64,000 bases of DNA from Octopus sinensis (taxonomy: Eukaryota), in NCBI RefSeq assembly GCF_006345805.1, contig NW_021826031.1, positions 1-64,000 of the forward strand, read 5' to 3'. Made by a program: the position numbers and the translations under genes. A model generated the notes under the pieces. It saw only the letters and a list, made by a program, of their open reading frames with translations, searched no databases and had not been told where the DNA came from. Of this stretch, positions 60,941-64,000 are shown piece by piece. Position 1 is the first letter of the stretch; the number at the start of each line of letters is the position of its first letter.

Positions 60941-61596
60941 ATGGGGAAACGTGGGAGAAGAAAGTCAGCAAACTCAGTTTCCGTAGAAGGTTGTAGTCAA
61001 TACTGAACAAAGACTCGGAAAGCATGCAGTCGGGAACCTCCGACGACAACCACGAACGACTTGTCTACAAATACATCACAAAAAAGAAAGACTACACAAA
61101 AATGACTCGACGACAAGTAATAAATGAACTAAAATTAGCAATCCTTATTTGAACGAAAAAACAATGTCGAGGACGGAGATAGAGCGGACGAGGAAATCTT
61201 GACCGAAGAACAACTACAACGCAAAGAACAGCGGATAAACAGGAGAAGGGAATATGAAAAGCAAAGGAGAACAAAGCAGCAAAAGAAAACTGTGGAGAAA
61301 GTCCTCAAAAAGCAGGTTGGACGGAAAAAGAAATTGAAATCCGCCGTTTCAGAACAAGTCAGCATGATTTCCACTCTCTCCACAAGATCGGGGACTCTAA
61401 TAAGTTACCCCGAGAACTACGAACCGGCAGAGAAGATATACAAGTATATTTACGTACTCGATAAATCAGTCTACCTCCGCCACGAGAAATGACCTGTGGG
61501 GCGGCTGGCTGTTCGAATTCGAGGAAATACGCCTGTTCTTCCACGGGTGTGCCTCTCTGCAGTTTAGAGTGCTACAAAAAACTTAATTTTAGTTAA
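60941..61596 (+). CDS. INO80B: INO80 complex subunit B (PAPA-1 plus zf-HIT)
   Basis: LTEEQLQRKEQR..RRRE..KKTVEKVL; GTLISYP; last exon CGAAGCSNSRKYACSSTGVPLCSLECYK after a 26-nt intron. Confidence 0.9.
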
Positions 61597-61933
61597 TTTA
61601 TATTATTTACGGAATTTTAAACTGACGTAATTGTGCTCAACTTGTCGTGTCAAGTTTTGATTTGTTTATTTAATTATCTTGTGAGGCCTACTTTTTGTTC
61701 GGATATCTTTAAATCACTATTAGTTGTAAATTTATAACTTAACGATAATCACTAGCTTAAGTTGTGTTTGATTTTTCTTTATATTTATGTAAAGTCAAGA
61801 GTTCTGTTATTCAAAAATGTCTTTAAAATTTTAATTGATTTTCTATTTGACAATTATAATTCGTCAATTGTATTTATTAAACTTATCGTCAGTAACAACG
61901 ATTAAAAATGTTAAATTTGTTATTTAATGTAAT

Positions 61934-62257
61934 TTATATGTTCATGTCTTCCACAAAATCTACGAATTCTACAAAAAAAATAAAATCCCGACCATTAAAA
62001 TCAATAAATTGATCATTGTTTTTATCAGCAAGTTTGATAATTTTGAGACAATCTTTCCTACTTATAGAATTACCAAACGTCTTCTTTAGCATTTGATAGA
62101 GCTCGGCGGAGGATATCAATCCATTGCCGTCAGTGTCAATTTTATTAAAAGCCTTTTTCAGTCCTTAAAACTTGATTATCATTTAAATATACTCTTTAGT
62201 CTTTCCAGGCCCACGTCCTTGACCTAACTACAATTAACTTTTAATTATTACATCCAT
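61934..62257 (-). CDS. Small two-EF-hand calcium-binding protein (about 80 aa)
   Basis: LKKAFNKIDTDGNGLISSAEL ... ADKNNDQFIDFNEF; three short introns. Confidence 0.85.
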
Positions 62258-62344
62258 TTAAGCGCAAAGTGTACGTTCTTATATTTAGTCTATTAATTTG
62301 ATAAATAAATTAAAAAACCAAATATTATTACAATAAACAAAAAA

Positions 62345-64000
62345 TCATTTATTAAACAAATCTTTAAAATAATCCTGGGTTTTGTTTCCTTCAGAGACGG
62401 CAGAATCTGTTCTTTTTATGACTCGAGGAATAAAGTCCATCCGCGTTTTCTGTGTCGTTGAAAACTTTTTAGAGCTAGCCATTGGGACATCCTCTTTTGT
62501 CCGCTTGGAAGGAGGATTGGAAAAGGCGGCGGCAATGACACAGTCTTCCACAGTCCGTCCATCCAACAAGGCGAGTCCTTCTCTTGCATATTTCTATTGT
62601 AGTATAAAAAGCACACCTCGTCCTCAAAATCGACATAGGCCACTCGTTTGGACACTCCATTTTTACGTGTGACCAATCTTACTTGACGGACTCCACACAC
62701 TATTCCACTCAATAACTCCTCGAGAGCGGGTCCGTTCATTGTATGTGGAATATTTCTTAAAAACAATTTGCATTTGTCCAAATCAGTGGAATACTGGGAG
62801 TAAGAAGGAAACATGACCTGAAATGGTCTGGCCACTCCATTGGGGGACACATACATCGGACGCCCCTCCACACCCACGGGAGTACGGTCGAGGTTCAAGG
62901 CCTCTTGGACACTCTCCATTCGATCAAACTCCACATATCCATATCCTCGGTGTCTGCCACCAACATCTCCCACAAGACGGACAGAACTGACTGTCCCAAC
63001 CCTCCTAAATATGGCACTTATTTCCTCTTCACGAATTGAATATGACAGATTCGATACAAACACTGTTCGTTCCTCTCCTTCATCGTGCTTCCTCTTCACG
63101 GAACAATCATTTTTCAGTTCAGTTGGCTTGTCCGGTTTTACTTTTTCGTTTGAAATTGATTTCATTCCACTTTTCTCAGGTGCTCGCTCAAAGTTAGATT
63201 TTTCAAAGTTTTTTCCAAATTTTTGACTTTTTCTTGGCTGATTCAAAGAAATGGCGCACTTGAAAGGGAAACTGACAGACTTTTCTGTTATTTTTTTCAT
63301 AGCCAGCCAATAAGTAGAATGGTCTCCTACATGTCAGGACACTTGCAAAAACCGTGGATCCTCTCAAAATGAATGTACATATCAGCCACAAGTTGGACAT
63401 GGTCCCTCACACACACAACCGCCCTCCTCAACACTTTCCTCTGTGAGGACAAATCTCCATATAAAGTCTCGATCATGTAATAATCATTCCAATAGCGAAA
63501 CTGTCTTCGCAGGTCAGTGGACACAACTCTGTCACACAGTTCTCTCGCATTCCCCAAATCAGAAGAGGCACATAAATTGGCAGTGAACATGGCTATTTCA
63601 GCCCAGGACACAACATCGGAGGGGTAGTCTGGGCATCACCGATCGAACCAACTTGTTTCGAAGTATTCAAGTGAATAGTCGCACATTTCATAAGCAGCAC
63701 TCACATTCTCCGGACAGTCGACAGCACGCATACGATAAAAGACAAGTGCGGCCATGCACAGTCGACAGTAGTCACGACTGCTGCCATATTCGACAGTAAA
63801 AGCAGAATTAAACAACTCTGTCTGATTTATAACAATCAACTACCAGTAAATTTGTTGACTAGACATTCGTCACTTGTGTTATGTCGAGAATAGTTGAGTA
63901 ACTGCAAGCGATAGACCCAGAAGGAAACATTCTCCGGACACTGAGAATTTGCTCGTTCCACCACCGAATAGACATCCTGCATATATTCCTCACGTGACTC
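62345..64000 (-). CDS. SART3: U4/U6 recycling factor SART3/Prp24 (5' part outside the window)
   Basis: HAT-like repeats, two RRMs (TVFVSNL..RGYGYVEF; LFLRNIP..AYVDFED) and a C-terminal LSm-type tail TQDYFKDLFNK*. Confidence 0.88.

Overview
This is eukaryotic animal DNA (ETS, Ig/Fn3, RIM, CRIPT and INTU-like genes). It is AT-rich and very compact, with about 25 genes split by very short spliceosomal introns (nearly all 20-30 nt). That architecture matches what is published for dicyemid mesozoans, but the taxon is inferred and not provable here. 1-16.1 kb is a rearranged accessory region: a roughly 3.4-kb direct duplication (1-3375 and 12756-16138) carrying a Cys-type glutathione peroxidase, a 169-bp satellite array with a hAT transposon inserted cleanly into it, CRE-type and Tc1 remnants, an isolated ferlin fragment and a Buster-type hAT. 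16-64 kb is gene-dense: PLC, ETS, SLC25A1, an Ig-Fn3 membrane protein, a coiled-coil protein, OGFOD1, BRAP, LAS1L, a divergent proteasome beta subunit, INTU-like, RIM, CRIPT, EIF4A3, FAM32A, NPRL3, DDX56, a tiny GPI-type peptide, an MDH-like protein, INO80B, an EF-hand protein and SART3, with nested LINE/pogo/CRE insertions. The strongest unusual signals are: (1) DNA transposons carrying host-style micro-introns at positions conserved between diverged family members; (2) a hidden, highly divergent proteasome beta paralog with catalytic residues retained; (3) a shrunken RIM lacking C2A; (4) an MDH-like probable pseudoenzyme; (5) a CD24/CD52-like micro-glycoprotein; (6) GC-rich gene bodies that include their introns. 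All gene models were spliced by hand and family calls come from recalled motifs, not database searches. Recurrent 1-bp deletions suggest residual long-read consensus errors. I saw no rRNA, tRNA or CRISPR array.
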